A stretch of 63,430 nt of DNA, counting the filler, from Octopus bimaculoides (lineage: Eukaryota), in assembly GCF_001194135.2 (NCBI RefSeq). It is 5 parts of 5 records of this genome, joined end to end, with 100 filler letters (N's around TTAATTAATTAA, not from the genome) between each part and the next. Parts side by side here need not be neighbours in the genome. Positions count along the whole stretch, not along the records: positions 1 to 27,684 come from NC_069003.1; 4 more parts are not named here. The stretch is one strand, 5' to 3'. The notes under the pieces were generated by a model. That model saw only the letters and a program-made list of their open reading frames with translations, was not told the origin of the DNA and did not search any database. The number at the start of each line of letters is the position of its first letter. The stretch's first letter is position 1. Made by a program: the position numbers and the translations under genes. Shown here in pieces: positions 1-13,685 of this stretch.

Positions 1-40
<40 letters not shown>

Positions 41-635
41 TAGAACGCATCCATGTGTATGACTGTATATGCACGTATTTCTTTTTTCAGCTTCTCACTT
101 CCTGGTTTTTAACTGCTTAATTTTCACACTCTACAACTCTGCCTACAAACTGAAAACCAAATAACTTATAAAAAAAAGTAATTAGTAAAAGAAAAACATC
201 CAAGTCTACCTTCATTCCTTATCGATATGTAACACACATGCATACATGTATATATATGTATATATGTATTATGTATGTATGTATGCATGTATGTATGTAT
301 GTATGGATGGATGGATGTATGTATGTATGTATGTATGTATGTATGTATGCATGAATATATATGTGTGTGCGCGTGTGCGCGTGTACACATGCATATGTGT
401 AATGTATGTATATAGGTGTATATAGTGATAAAACGATATAAAAGGTTTTAGTGATCGTCAATATATGAATACTGATTGCGGAGGTATTTTTTTAGTGATC
501 GCTAATCGCCACAACATAAACGATTTAGTGTCGGCGCATTACGATGCATCAACAGCAACGAATTTGCTATTAAAAAGACATGCACTTACACGCACATACA
601 TGTATGAATGTATGCACGTATACACACGTGCGCAT

Positions 636-692
<57 letters not shown>

Positions 693-1035
693 TAAATAAT
701 TCAAGCCTGAGAATAAGCGATGAAAAAAATAGCAGAAAACTGGTATCAGAAAAGGTATGAAGGATTGACAGAATGAAGGATTGATGGAATGAAAGGTAAA
801 AAGAAAAAAAGAAGTGAAATAAGAGGGAAGAGAGAGGTGGCAGAGACAGGGAAGGCGTTGTGAAAGACAAGTGGGTAGGGCCAAGAAAGTGGTAAAAATC
901 TTGAGGAAGTATATCTGAAGAAAAAGCCCTTTTACAATAAGATCATATTAATGCTAGACTGTGGTACGTATTAAAATATCACGATGAAATAGTCTGATAG
1001 CAGCGGAGATTACAGGCTGGTGAAGGTGGTGGTGG

Positions 1036-1080
<45 letters not shown>

Positions 1081-1115
1081 CGCCGCTGCTGCTACTGTAT
1101 ATACCCAAATCTATG

Positions 1116-1146
<31 letters not shown>

Positions 1147-1243
1147 CTATCTATCTATCTCCCTTCTCTCTTAATATAAATATATACACGCACACATACG
1201 TGTATATATATATGTATATATATACACACACACACATACACAC

Positions 1244-1313
<70 letters not shown>

Positions 1314-2106
1314 NNNNNNNNNNNNNNNNNNNNNNNNNNNNNNNNNNNNNNNNNNNNNNNNNNNNNNNNNNNNNNNNNNNNNNNNNNNNNNNNNNNNNNN
1401 NNNNNNNNNNNNNNNNNNNNNNNNNNNNNNNNNNNNNNNNNNNNNNNNNNNNNNNNNNNNNNNNNNNNNNNNNNNNNNNNNNNNNNNNNNNNNNNNNNNN
1501 NNNNNNNNNNNNNNNNNNNNNNNNNNNNNNNNNNNNNNNNNNNNNNNNNNNNNNNNNNNNNNNNNNNNNNNNNNNNNNNNNNNNNNNNNNNNNNNNNNNN
1601 NNNNNNNNNNNNNNNNNNNNNNNNNNNNNNNNNNNNNNNNNNNNNNNNNNNNNNNNNNNNNNNNNNNNNNNNNNNNNNNNNNNNNNNNNNNNNNNNNNNN
1701 NNNNNNNNNNNNNNNNNNNNNNNNNNNNNNNNNNNNNNNNNNNNNNNNNNNNNNNNNNNNNNNNNNNNNNNNNNNNNNNNNNNNNNNNNNNNNNNNNNNN
1801 NNNNNNNNNNNNNNNNNNNNNNNNNNNNNNNNNNNNNNNNNNNNNNNNNNNNNNNNNNNNNNNNNNNNNNNNNNNNNNNNNNNNNNNNNNNNNNNNNNNN
1901 NNNNNNNNNNNNNNNNNNNNNNNNNNNNNNNNNNNNNNNNNNNNNNNNNNNNNNNNNNNNNNNNNNNNNNNNNNNNNNNNNNNNNNNNNNNNNNNNNNNN
2001 NNNNNNNNNNNNNNNNNNNNNNNNNNNNNNNNNNNNNNNNNNNNNNNNNNNNNNTATATATATATATATATATATATGCCTGCATATTTTTATCTGTATG
2101 CATACA

Positions 2107-2160
<54 letters not shown>

Positions 2161-2584
2161 GCCCAATTATACGTAGGCGTAGTATACAATTGATATAGAC
2201 CTACTTACATGTATATAACTGAAATTCACTGCTAACTTATAATGCGTACACATACACGCATAGACACATACCTCCACACAAACAACCACACAAACCTCCT
2301 ACACGCACACATACAAGGAAAATACACAAACACACACATAGATATACATATGTATATACATGAAACATTACTCATACAACAGAACAATATAAATCAAACA
2401 CGTATAATTTTAGTTAACATCAAATAGTGTTGTTAACTAAATATACACTTGTTTACTTTAGCAAGTATACACACAAGTATATATAAACCGCTGTGTCGCA
2501 ATATATTCACAATTGACAAGACTTCAAATATATTCAAGCTTTACAAAATAAGCATATACACACAAGCGCGCACATACACACAAG

Positions 2585-2634
<50 letters not shown>

Positions 2635-2860
2635 TATATAAAGGCGAGCGCAAACACACATAAACATGTCCATAAATATATACATACAAATATGTATGTG
2701 TGTGTGTGTGTGTTTGTGGGTGTGTGTGTGTGCGTGTGTATGTGTGTGTGTATGCACAAAACAAGCAACACAATCAAAAAACTAAAGACGCAGACAACAT
2801 CACAGAACAAACACTTTACTTGTTTCTGAACAGGAATCCTACCAATTCAAATACTATTAT

Positions 2861-2895
2861 TTACATTATTATTATTATTATTGTTATTATTATTA

Positions 2896-2951
<56 letters not shown>

Positions 2952-3446
2952 AATAATAATGATGATGATGATGATGATGACGATAACATCAACCGGAAAA
3001 AGCACAACAATAATGATAATGATGTTTTAGATAATAATAATAATAATAATAATAATAAGAAGAAGAAGAAGAAGAAGACAAGAAGAAAAAGAATAGAGAA
3101 AAGGAAGAAGAAGAAAAAGAAGAAAAAGAAGAAGAAGAAGAAGAAGAAGAAGAAGAAGAAGAAAAAGAAGAAGAAGAAGAAGAAGAAGAAGAAGAAGAAG
3201 AAGAAGAAGAAAAAGAAGAAGAAGAAGGAGAAGAAGAAGACTGAAGACAGAAGAGAAAGAAAATTGATAGAAAAGAAAAAGAATAGAGAAAAATAAGAAA
3301 GAGGTGGTAGAAGAGGAATAGAAGAAGAAGAAGAAAAAGAAGAAAAAGAAGAAAAAGAAGGAAATGAAGAAAAAGAAGAATAAAAAGAATAAAAAGAAGA
3401 GAATAAAAAGAAGATGAAAAAGAAGAAGAAAAAAAAGAAGAAGAAA

Positions 3447-3477
<31 letters not shown>

Positions 3478-3590
3478 AATCGAAAAACAAAAATATAATG
3501 ACTAAAAAGAACAATTGCTACAAATGCAAAAGCAACAACAGCAACAACAAGAATAATAGCAACAGCAGCAGCGGCAGCGGCAGCAGTGTC
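2861..3590. repeat. Compound trinucleotide microsatellite: (ATT)n, (GAT)n, (AAT)n, ~420-bp (GAA)n-rich tract, then (AAC)/(AGC)
   Basis: Directly visible; explains the poly-I/N/K/F ORFs in the track. Confidence 0.95.
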
Positions 3591-3720
3591 AACATAGCAA
3601 CAAAATGGCGGACTAAGCAATCACAGTGAGAAGTAAAGCTAAAAGGAAGACGGTTTCATTGTCAGTGACTTCCGTTTAAAATGTCAAAAGAAAGACTTCG
3701 TCATGGCGATTGTTCTGTTT
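3590..3720 (+). promoter_or_regulatory. Candidate housekeeping-type promoter / 5' end of a gene
   Basis: CpG-containing island in AT-rich DNA. YY1-type CAAAATGGCGG at 3601-3611, ETS-type ACTTCCG at 3668-3674, then AAAATG at 3681 (MSKERLRHGDCSV, runs into a gap). Confidence 0.4.
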
Positions 3721-4792
3721 NNNNNNNNNNNNNNNNNNNNNNNNNNNNNNNNNNNNNNNNNNNNNNNNNNNNNNNNNNNNNNNNNNNNNNNNNNNNNNNN
3801 NNNNNNNNNNNNNNNNNNNNNNNNNNNNNNNNNNNNNNNNNNNNNNNNNNNNNNNNNNNNNNNNNNNNNNNNNNNNNNNNNNNNNNNNNNNNNNNNNNNN
3901 NNNNNNNNNNNNNNNNNNNNNNNNNNNNNNNNNNNNNNNNNNNNNNNNNNNNNNNNNNNNNNNNNNNNNNNNNNNNNNNNNNNNNNNNNNNNNNNNNNNN
4001 NNNNNNNNNNNNNNNNNNNNNNNNNNNNNNNNNNNNNNNNNNNNNNNNNNNNNNNNNNNNNNNNNNNNNNNNNNNNNNNNNNNNNNNNNNNNNNNNNNNN
4101 NNNNNNNNNNNNNNNNNNNNNNNNNNNNNNNNNNNNNNNNNNNNNNNNNNNNNNNNNNNNNNNNNNNNNNNNNNNNNNNNNNNNNNNNNNNNNNNNNNNN
4201 NNNNNNNNNNNNNNNNNNNNNNNNNNNNNNNNNNNNNNNNNNNNNNNNNNNNNNNNNNNNNNNNNNNNNNNNNNNNNNNNNNNNNNNNNNNNNNNNNNNN
4301 NNNNNNNNNNNNNNNNNNNNNNNNNNNNNNNNNNNNNNNNNNNNNNNNNNNNNNNNNNNNNNNNNNNNNNNNNNNNNNNNNNNNNNNNNNNNNNNNNNNN
4401 NNNNNNNNNNNNNNNNNNNNNNNNNNNNNNNNNNNNNNNNNNNNNNNNNNNNNNNNNNNNNNNNNNNNNNNNNNNNNNNNNNNNNNTCCTTCCTTCCTTC
4501 CTTCCTTCCTTCCTTCCTTCCTTCCTTCCTTCCTTCCTTCATTCATTCATTTGTGTGGTTAAGAAGTTCACTTGGAAAACAAGTGGTTTGAGGGTTCGGT
4601 CCCGCCACGTCGTACCCCTTTGGTAAGGTAAGTGATTTCTGCTGGAGTCTGGGGAAGGGTTTATGATGTACCGTGTTAAAAAACACAACATACTTTCCAA
4701 TGGTGTTGCATAAAGAGAATAAATTTGAATTTTGCAATAAAAGCAGCTCTGCAATAAAGGCACACACACACGCACACACACATATACATATG

Positions 4793-4869
<77 letters not shown>

Positions 4870-5481
4870 TAAAAAAACACAAAAAACAATAACAAAAAAA
4901 CAACAAAGTGAGGACGTGATACGGATAGTGTTATTGGACGCTCGGGAAAGGAAAAAATAAGTAGTGCAAGATGTGAATTCAGAGAATTGTGCAGCTATCA
5001 TATAAAGCTCCTCATATGGACTCGGCTATCAATCCGTATAGTAATCAATTACAAAAAAATATAAAATAGAGTGTCCTTGTAACTGAGACTCCGGAAGATC
5101 CGATCGATGAAGATATTTCATGAGGAGTTCATAAAACCATTAAGTCATGAGGTATGAGAGGTGAATATATATATATATTTAACCAGTTGGCTTCCGTAGT
5201 ATTAGAGCGTTTCGCAACTTTCTCATTGTAGTATAATTTCAGTATTGAAAACATTATGCGTATATAATTGCATTAATACTACAGGCACAAACCAAGGTTT
5301 ATACATACATATATGAATATATAAATATGTATGGCCGAAAAGTTGGTATCGTGCTATTCACCCCCGTGAAACTTTACGTAACACTGGGAACTGTGTCATC
5401 CTGTTGCTCAATAAATACAACTCCAGACCTATATGTTGTGTGCTACTTGCGCGTGCGTGTGTGTATACGCATACATGCATA

Positions 5482-5571
5482 TGTGGTAAGAAATTTGCTT
5501 ACCCACCACATGATTTCGGGTTCAGTCCCACTGCCTGGCATCTTGTACAAGTGTTTCTTCTTCAGCCTCGG
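5482..5571 (+). mobile_element. SINE family A fragment (tRNA-like head)
   Basis: gtggtaag...gggttcagtcccactgc...caagtgt motif shared with the copies at 17251, 20677, 31505 and 43774. Confidence 0.7.
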
Positions 5572-5579
5572 TTATATAT

Positions 5580-6280
5580 AAAGTGTTAAATATTGTATAA
5601 CTCTATCAGAGATCATCCATGGTGTTATGATAATATTTTAATATGGTTTAAATTAAAACTTTCTATTAAAAAATTTCTTGATAACTTATGTTTCAAAATT
5701 TTGGCACAAAGCCATCAAGTTTGAGGGAGGGAGTAAGTTGATTACATTAACCCCCAGTGCTAAACTGGTACTTATTTTATCGAGCCTGAAAGGATGAAAG
5801 GCAAAGTCGACCTTTACTGAATTGGAAATCAGAACGCACAGACGGATGAAATGCCACTAAGCATTTTGTCCGTCGTACTAATGTTTCTGCCAGATCGCCG
5901 ACTTATCCCAGCTTAATAATAACGTACAATTTATTTTGATAAATTCTTTTGTTCTTTTGAAAATTAATTGTACCAAAGGCAATGCATTTTAAGAGAAATA
6001 TGATAACAAAAGCGTTAGATATTGTATGACTCTATCAGTCTATGTTCTTTAACTCACCAGAGACTAGTCCTTGGTTCTAAGATACAAACTTTATGGTTTA
6101 AAATGGGGCGAATTAATACCTTTCATGAAAATTTCTTGTTAATTTATGTTTCAAACACCAACTTAATAACGACAAATTAACTTTATTGAATTATTCATTA
6201 GTTTTGAAATTAATTGAAACAAAGACATTGTATTTCTATAACATTGCATTTCTATGAAATTACGTTTACAAAGTGTTAAT
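5580..6280. mobile_element. Two tandem copies of an AT-rich ~260-bp repeat (MITE-like), the first interrupted by a SINE
   Basis: gttaaatattgtataactctatcag...tatgtttcaaa (5585-5697, resuming about 5905) versus gttagatattgtatgactctatcag...tatgtttcaaacaccaacttaataac (6013 onward). Confidence 0.6.
5695..5901 (-). mobile_element. SINE family B (tRNA-derived)
   Basis: Reverse complement of the ggcgagctggcagaatcgttag...aaatgcttag...gtcgactttgcctttcatcctttc...ccaaaatttgaaac family seen at 13686 and 13907. Confidence 0.85.
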
Positions 6281-6439
6281 GTTACACGTGTTTGGAATTT
6301 TCAAGCCCTAACACTCTAAACCATTATTCCATGCACCGTAAGCGACGGAGATCCGCGTACTTTACACATAATTTCCACATATACTGTGACACCCAAATAC
6401 ACGCACAAACGCATTTATACATACATACATATATACACA

Positions 6440-6501
<62 letters not shown>

Positions 6502-6712
6502 TATATATACACACACATATATATATATGTACACGTAAAACCTAACACCCCCACACACAAACACACATACGTTTCATAGACTCATAACGAGCGTGGCTTC
6601 ATTAATAGGATTATAAGAGATAAAAAGTTTTATAGCCACAAAAATATTCCAAAACAAATATCTAGATAATCTACATGAAAACCGTACTACTAGCTATTGT
6701 AGAATTTGTTAC

Positions 6713-6754
6713 CTTAAGTTCCAGTGAGAGGGCGCTGTAATCGACGGCAGCCAT
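6713..6754 (-). CDS. Candidate first coding exon, MAAVDYSALSLELK, of an unidentified leftward gene
   Basis: Minus strand aaaacATGG (strong Kozak), 14 open codons, AAG|GTAACA phase-0 donor. Upstream YY1-type AAAATGGCG at 6766-6774 and local CpG enrichment. No downstream exon identified. Confidence 0.5.
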
Positions 6755-8777
6755 GTTTTATTAAACGCCATTTTCAAACGAACATAGAATAGCAATCGTT
6801 TATATTACTTTTAATGGATACATTTTACGCGTTTTAAAAGATTGTGTCGCATATTACATTTTCTCTCTTTCTTTTCCTCTTTTTCAGTTATTCCTTCTCT
6901 ATTTCTGTCTTTCTTTCTCTCTTATATTGCAAGTTACAACATAAATTGCGAGAATGTGTTTGTATTATACTTCCATACACTCACGGGCAGACCTATATAT
7001 TGATATATAGTGATATAAAACGTATATATGTATATAAGCATACATTTACACATATTTGTGCGCATGTATTTATGTACACACACACACACACACACAAACA
7101 CACACATATAGATATATAAATATATATATATGCATACACAAGCAAACACACACACGACGAATACACACACGTTAATATATGTATATGCAGTCGCACACTA
7201 TAATAAAAAAATAACTGATTATCAATATCAACATCAATGTGTGTGTGTGTGTGTGAATATATCTAGCATATGTATATATATTCACAAATATATAAATGTA
7301 TATATAATATATATATGTATGTATATATATATATATATATATATATNNNNNNNNNNNNNNNNNNNNNNNNNNNNNNNNNNNNNNNNNNNNNNNNNNNNNN
7401 NNNNNNNNNNNNNNNNNNNNNNNNNNNNNNNNNNNNNNNNNNNNNNNNNNNNNNNNNNNNNNNNNNNNNNNNNNNNNNNNNNNNNNNNNNNNNNNNNNNN
7501 NNNNNNNNNNNNNNNNNNNNNNNNNNNNNNNNNNNNNNNNNNNNNNNNNNNNNNNNNNNNNNNNNNNNNNNNNNNNNNNNNNNNNNNNNNNNNNNNNNNN
7601 NNNNNNNNNNNNNNNNNNNNNNNNNNNNNNNNNNNNNNNNNNNNNNNNNNNNNNNNNNNNNNNNNNNNNNNNNNNNNNNNNNNNNNNNNNNNNNNNNNNN
7701 NNNNNNNNNNNNNNNNNNNNNNNNNNNNNNNNNNNNNNNNNNNNNNNNNNNNNNNNNNNNNNNNNNNNNNNNNNNNNNNNNNNNNNNNNNNNNNNNNNNN
7801 NNNNNNNNNNNNNNNNNNNNNNNNNNNNNNNNNNNNNNNNNNNNNNNNNNNNNNNNNNNNNNNNNNNNNNNNNNNNNNNNNNNNNNNNNNNNNNNNNNNN
7901 NNNNNNNNNNNNNNNNNNNNNNNNNNNNNNNNNNNNNNNNNNNNNNNNNNNNNNNNNNNNNNNNNNNNNNNNNNNNNNNNNNNNNNNNNNNNNNNNNNNN
8001 NNNNNNNNNNNNNNNNNNNNNNNNNNNNNNNNNNNNNNNNNNNNNNNNNNNNNNNNNNNNNNNNNNNNNNNNNNNNNNNNNNNNNNNNNNNNNNNNNNNN
8101 NNNNNNNNNNNNNNNNNNNNNNNNNNNNNNNNNNNNNNNNNNNNNNNNNNNNNNNNNNNNNNNNNNNNNNNNNNNNNNNNNNNNNNNNNNNNNNNNNNNN
8201 NNNNNNNNNNNNNNNNNNNNNNNNNNNNNNNNNNNNNNNNNNNNNNNNNNNNNNNNNNNNNNNNNNNNNNNNNNNNNNNNNNNNNNNNNNNNNNNNNNNN
8301 NNNNNNNNNNNNNNNNNNNNNNNNNNNNNNNNNNNNNNNNNNNTATATAGTATATATTTTTTATAATATATGCAGGCCGGCTTACAAGCACGTAGGATAT
8401 ATTTAAAATCTATATTATTATAAAAAAATATCCAGTATATAAGAATAACTAACGAGTATATAATATATGTTATATAATAATCGTATAAATTCCGAAATAC
8501 ATACTTTATAAAAGGTTAACGTTTCTTTTATATTTCTCCAGTTTTTATACTATTGCTGTCTAAATAATATCGCTGACGATATATAAAACAGTTTCAGCTC
8601 GGTGAGGTGACGCGGCTTTGCCGCTATTTTGGTAACATTTCTCTAAACTGTAACATCTTTGCCTCTACAGGTATTCTTAAGTGTGTTCGAATGACTGTGG
8701 GCGCCTCTTTGGTGATCAGTGTACGTGCACACGCACGCACACGCACACACACACAAACACACACACGCACATACATT

Positions 8778-8935
8778 CGGTGGCCTACTTACTGTTTCCG
8801 TCTACCAAATTTACTCACAAGGATTTAGTCAGGCCGTTCTACAGCAGAAAACATTTCTCTTGCCCAAGGTGCTACGCATTGGGACTGAACTCGGAACCAT
8901 GTGGTTGGGAAGCAAACTTCTTACTACACAGCCAC
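8778..8935 (-). mobile_element. SINE family A
   Basis: Reverse complement of gtggctgtgtagtaagaagtttgcttcccaaccacatggttccgagttcagtccc...gcaccttgggcaag...ggtagacggaaac. Confidence 0.85.
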
Positions 8936-8943
8936 ATATATAA

Positions 8944-8990
<47 letters not shown>

Positions 8991-9028
8991 ATAATAATAA
9001 TGATAATAATAATAATAATAATAATAAT

Positions 9029-9069
<41 letters not shown>

Positions 9070-10024
9070 NNNNNNNNNNNNNNNNNNNNNNNNNNNNNNN
9101 NNNNNNNNNNNNNNNNNNNNNNNNNNNNNNNNNNNNNNNNNNNNNNNNNNNNNNNNNNNNNNNNNNNNNNNNNNNNNNNNNNNNNNNNNNNNNNNNNNNN
9201 NNNNNNNNNNNNNNNNNNNNNNNNNNNNNNNNNNNNNNNNNNNNNNNNNNNNNNNNNNNNNNNNNNNNNNNNNNNNNNNNNNNNNNNNNNNNNNNNNNNN
9301 NNNNNNNNNNNNNNNNNNNNNNNNNNNNNNNNNNNNNNNNNNNNNNNNNNNNNNNNNNNNNNNNNNNNNNNNNNNNNNNNNNNNNNNNNNNNNNNNNNNN
9401 NNNNNNNNNNNNNNNNNNNNNNNNNNNNNNNNNNNNNNNNNNNNNNNNNNNNNNNNNNNNNNNNNNNNNNNNNNNNNNNNNNNNNNNNNNNNNNNNNNNN
9501 NNNNNNNNNNNNNNNNNNNNNNNNNNNNNNNNNNNNNNNNNNNNNNNNNNNNNNNNNNNNNNNNNNNNNNNNNNNNNNNNNNNNNNNNNNNNNNNNNNNN
9601 NNNNNNNNNNNNNNNNNNNNNNNNNNNNNNNNNNNNNNNNNNNNNNNNNNNNNNNNNNNNNNNNNNNNNNNNNNNNNNNNNNNNNNNNNNNNNNNNNNNN
9701 NNNNNNNNTGCGTATTATGTGTAATTGGTGTCATGTTAAGAAATATCTCAACAATTATTGAAACCAAACACATAAAGAAATTGGTGCTCGTCTCCATTTT
9801 GGATTAAATCACAAAAAGTCATGGAAACTCACAATGAGATTACGCGAGAAGTTTCGGTAAATAAAATCAAGAAACCAAGGGGAACGACTCTTGGGGAACA
9901 AGAAACATGCCTATTCATCATGATATGGACCTTGAACGAAGGAATAAGCTAAAGCCAAAAAATACAGGAGACAGTGTAATAAATTTGAGCTTTTCATTAC
10001 TGCAAAGCTAAACATAATCGAATC

Positions 10025-12200
10025 TGTTATGGCGAGGATCATGATACTCCCTCTGAGAATGGATTTGCCGGACTCGTATAAGTAGCAGCGTGTTTGACTG
10101 AGAGCAAGAGATGAAAAATTACAGGAAGTCGAAAGGTGTCGTTCGTGAGTTCGTGGAGTCACAGGAAATAGTTGAAAAGTAGTTATAGTTTGTTGAGAGT
10201 TGTTTTGGATCGGTTACAGTTGTTGGCAAGTGGAGACAGTTGGAGCCTACCCTGTTCCGTGGTACTATAGATCACACTGTGTTAATGCATGATACTAAGA
10301 TGTCATACAGAAACTACGTTATTAAAGTGACGACGAGTTGAATCGAAGCTTACCTTGGACATTAACAATTTTTTATGATACAAAAAAACTGTTAATTATG
10401 GAAGACCTCTTAGCTGACATATTACAGTTTCAAAAGCAACAATAACAACAGCAACAGGAGTTGCACCAACAACTATGACACAGTCAGTTGCTGGAACTAA
10501 TGTTGATGTCGGGAAACACCGCAAGTGCGTTTTCGTCAGACGGTGTAGCGAAGGCTATAACTGAATTTAATTATAACCCAGAAGAGGGTATAACTTTTTC
10601 ATCGTACTTCAGAAGATACTAAGAAATCTTCAAGGAAGAATGCAAGTGTTGGACAGACGATGAAAAAGTGAGACTACTGTTACGGAAACTAGGTCCTCCA
10701 GAACATGAAAAATACCACAATTTTATCCTGCCTAAAAGAAACAAGTGAAATTTGTTTGGCGGAAACAATTGAATTGCTATCCAAAATGTTCAGCGATAAG
10801 AGTTCCCTGTTTAAGACTCGCTGGGAATGTTTGAACCTAGTAAAAGAAGAGGACGAAAATTTTGTCAATTATGCTGGAATCGTAAATAGAATGTGCGAAA
10901 AATTTAAACTGAAGGAATTATCTTCTGACACGTTTAAATGTGCAAGGTCTGATGACAAACAAAGATGCAGAAATACGTGCACAGATTCTTGTAACAAGAG
11001 GCCTAGACTTTAACCCTGCAGGCAGTAGCAGTGAAAGGTAAAAGAATTATCAACTTGCGACAAGACGTAAAGAAAACTGAAGAGAAAAGTTTCTCTCAAG
11101 TACAGACATGTCGACCAGTAATAAAGATGCTACGTATGTGGAGGTTTGCATTTTAAGAAAGACTGTCCATTTAAAAGTTGGAAATATTTTAGTTGTTAAA
11201 AAAATAGGACATAAAAGCTCGAATTGCATAGCGAAGCAAAAAAAGGCCAGAAAAAAATTGTTCTAAAAAAATTTGCTCAACGGAAAGTGTTGACGACACT
11301 AAAAAAAAAAAAAAAGGAAGTATATGTATGTAAAGATAAACGACGTGAACGGGAAACTACAAGTAGACATAGGTAGCGACATTTATTGATACCGACATTT
11401 ATTGATACAATTATTGATACCGACAGATGGAGCAAAATTGGGAAATCTACATTANNNNNNNNNNNNNNNNNNNNNNNNNNNNNNNNNNNNNNNNNNNNNN
11501 NNNNNNNNNNNNNNNNNNNNNNNNNNNNNNNNNNNNNNNNNNNNNNNNNNNNNNNNNNNNNNNNNNNNNNNNNNNNNNNNNNNNNNNNNNNNNNNNNNNN
11601 NNNNNNNNNNNNNNNNNNNNNNNNNNNNNNNNNNNNNNNNNNNNNNNNNNNNNNNNNNNNNNNNNNNNNNNNNNNNNNNNNNNNNNNNNNNNNNNNNNNN
11701 NNNNNNNNNNNNNNNNNNNNNNNNNNNNNNNNNNNNNNNNNNNNNAGTGTACTAAGACTGAGGCATGTTTCTAAATTAAGGAAAACACAATACCAGTGTT
11801 CAAACCAAAAAGAACGGTACCTTTTGCTGCGATAAAACATGGCGATGAAGAATTAGACAGATTAGAGAAAATCGGAGTCATTCAAAAAGTGTAATAGGTA
11901 AAATTGGCAGCTCCAGCGGTGTGTATTAAAAAAAGAATAACAAAATCAAGGTGTGTGCCGATTTTTCCACTGGCTTGAACGAATGTCTCGAAAACATGTC
12001 ACTATCCGCTACCTACTCCGGAGGATATTTTTGCGAAGTTAAACGGGGGCAAAATGTTCTCGAAACTGGATCTTTCTGATGCGTACCTACAAATTAGAGC
12101 AGACGAGGAATGCTCAAAATACTTAACATGGAATACGCATAAAAAACCATTTAATCATAATAGATTACCATTTGGTCTAAAGGTAGCACCTGCACTTTTT
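10025..12200 (+). mobile_element. Decayed Ty3/Gypsy LTR retrotransposon: putative 5' LTR 10025-10367, gag from 10398, RT about 11790-12200
   Basis: Gag-like EFNYNPEEGITFSSYFRRY...KVRLLLRKLG...SLFKTRWECLNL. RT motifs KVCADFSTGLN, YPLPTPEDIFAKLNGGKMFSKLDLSDAYLQI and RLPFGLKVAPALF, with stops and frameshifts. The upstream TG...CA segment has a TATA-like motif and ATTAAA; the LTR call is less certain. Confidence 0.85.
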
Positions 12201-12300
12201 NNNNNNNNNNNNNNNNNNNNNNNNNNNNNNNNNNNNNNNNNNNNNNNNNNNNNNNNNNNNNNNNNNNNNNNNNNNNNNNNNNNNNNNNNNNNNNNNNNNN

Positions 12301-12342
<42 letters not shown>

Positions 12343-12344
12343 CA

Positions 12345-12738
12345 ATATTTTTGCCGCTTTGACACAAGGCCAGCAATTCTGAGGAGAACAGAAATCGATT
12401 ATTCTGACATCAGCGTTTAACTGTTAGTTATTTCCTCGATCTTGAAAGTACGAAAAGCAAAGTCGACCTCAGCGCAAGTTGAACGAATCCACCTGTTCAC
12501 CTTTATGTGTCTTATAAATGATCCTTTCTACTATAAGCACAAGACCGGAAATTTTGGCGGCACTTGCTAGTCGATTACATCGACTAGCACGTGATTTACT
12601 GGTGCTTATTTTATTGATCTTGAAAGAACGAATGGCAAAATCGACCTTGGTGCAATTTGAACTCAGAACGTAAAGTCGGACGACATGCCGCTAAGCATTT
12701 TGTCCGATGTGGTAATGATTCTGCTAGATCGCCGCCTT
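12345..12738 (-). mobile_element. Two adjacent degenerate SINE family B copies
   Basis: aagtcgacctc / aaatcgaccttgg...tttgaactcagaacgtaaag...ctaagcattttgtcc...gatcgccgcctt. Confidence 0.75.
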
Positions 12739-13685
12739 TGTGCGTTATAGTACAGCGATAATACTGGTTGTTATCGATAATACTAATTAAGAAGGCAATG
12801 TACTACAATTGGAGCGTCATTTCACAGTTTGGCGAGGATTGTGTGGCTCGAGGCTGGGTGGGAATATTGTATTCTTATATTACTCCACTGTGTATTGGTC
12901 CAAACTGACCAATCAATAAAGCCTTACTTCTGTAGGAATGTGTACGTGTGTCTAAAAAAAAAAGAAAAATCCCAGTCATCAGACCCCGGAGCTAAAAATA
13001 TCAAAGTTGTCTGCGGAGGGGAACTGAACTCAGATCATAAAGAACCGGCAAAAAAGACCACAAGGTAGTTTATCCGACGCTCTACCAATTCTGCTAATCC
13101 GGCACCTACACCATAATCTTTAGTGCGTCTAACAAAATGTTTTCTGCTACTTTCTTTACAAAAAACTGATAGTTGTGCTCTTATGTGGGTGTGGGTGGTG
13201 GCTGAAAGTCACAATACAGAAACAGATACGGTACTTCCATGGTGGTGGGGTGTCTTCCGGGTGGTTTTCGTCTAACAGATTTCACTTGAGAAGAATTAAC
13301 CAATCATAAGTTATGGAAGGTTATGGTACAAATTACTTGCCGGATGTTCCCATGCTGTAGATTCATCTCGTAACCATGTCGTTGCGAAAGAAACTGTTTA
13401 ACTGCACAGCCATCTGTAAGGTATCAACGTATTGTATAGAAGTCTTTTGACGACGCCATATTACGATGTGACATTTTCGTGTTTTTAATTGATTTCTTTT
13501 GTTTTGAGAACCATAGAAACACATAGATAAACATACACACAAACATATATACAGAAATAATTAAAAACGCAAATATAATACAAATGTTCCTTTGCTTTGC
13601 CTTGGGCTTTCATCACCTTGATGTAGTTGTAGAGGTGCCGTCGTGAGACATGAGATCTGGTGTGTCCTAACTTTTAGACCTGACG

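Noticed and set aside
6718-6738. CTCF-like motif ccagtgagagggcgct
   Set aside because: Spacing is off by one base, and it lies within the candidate coding exon.
8505-8546. Further hammerhead-like traces (also about 5200-5240, 6565-6610, 50040-50080, 62075-62112)
   Set aside because: GAAAC-palindrome halves are present but the core or helix II is broken. At best these are decayed copies and cannot be distinguished from chance by eye.
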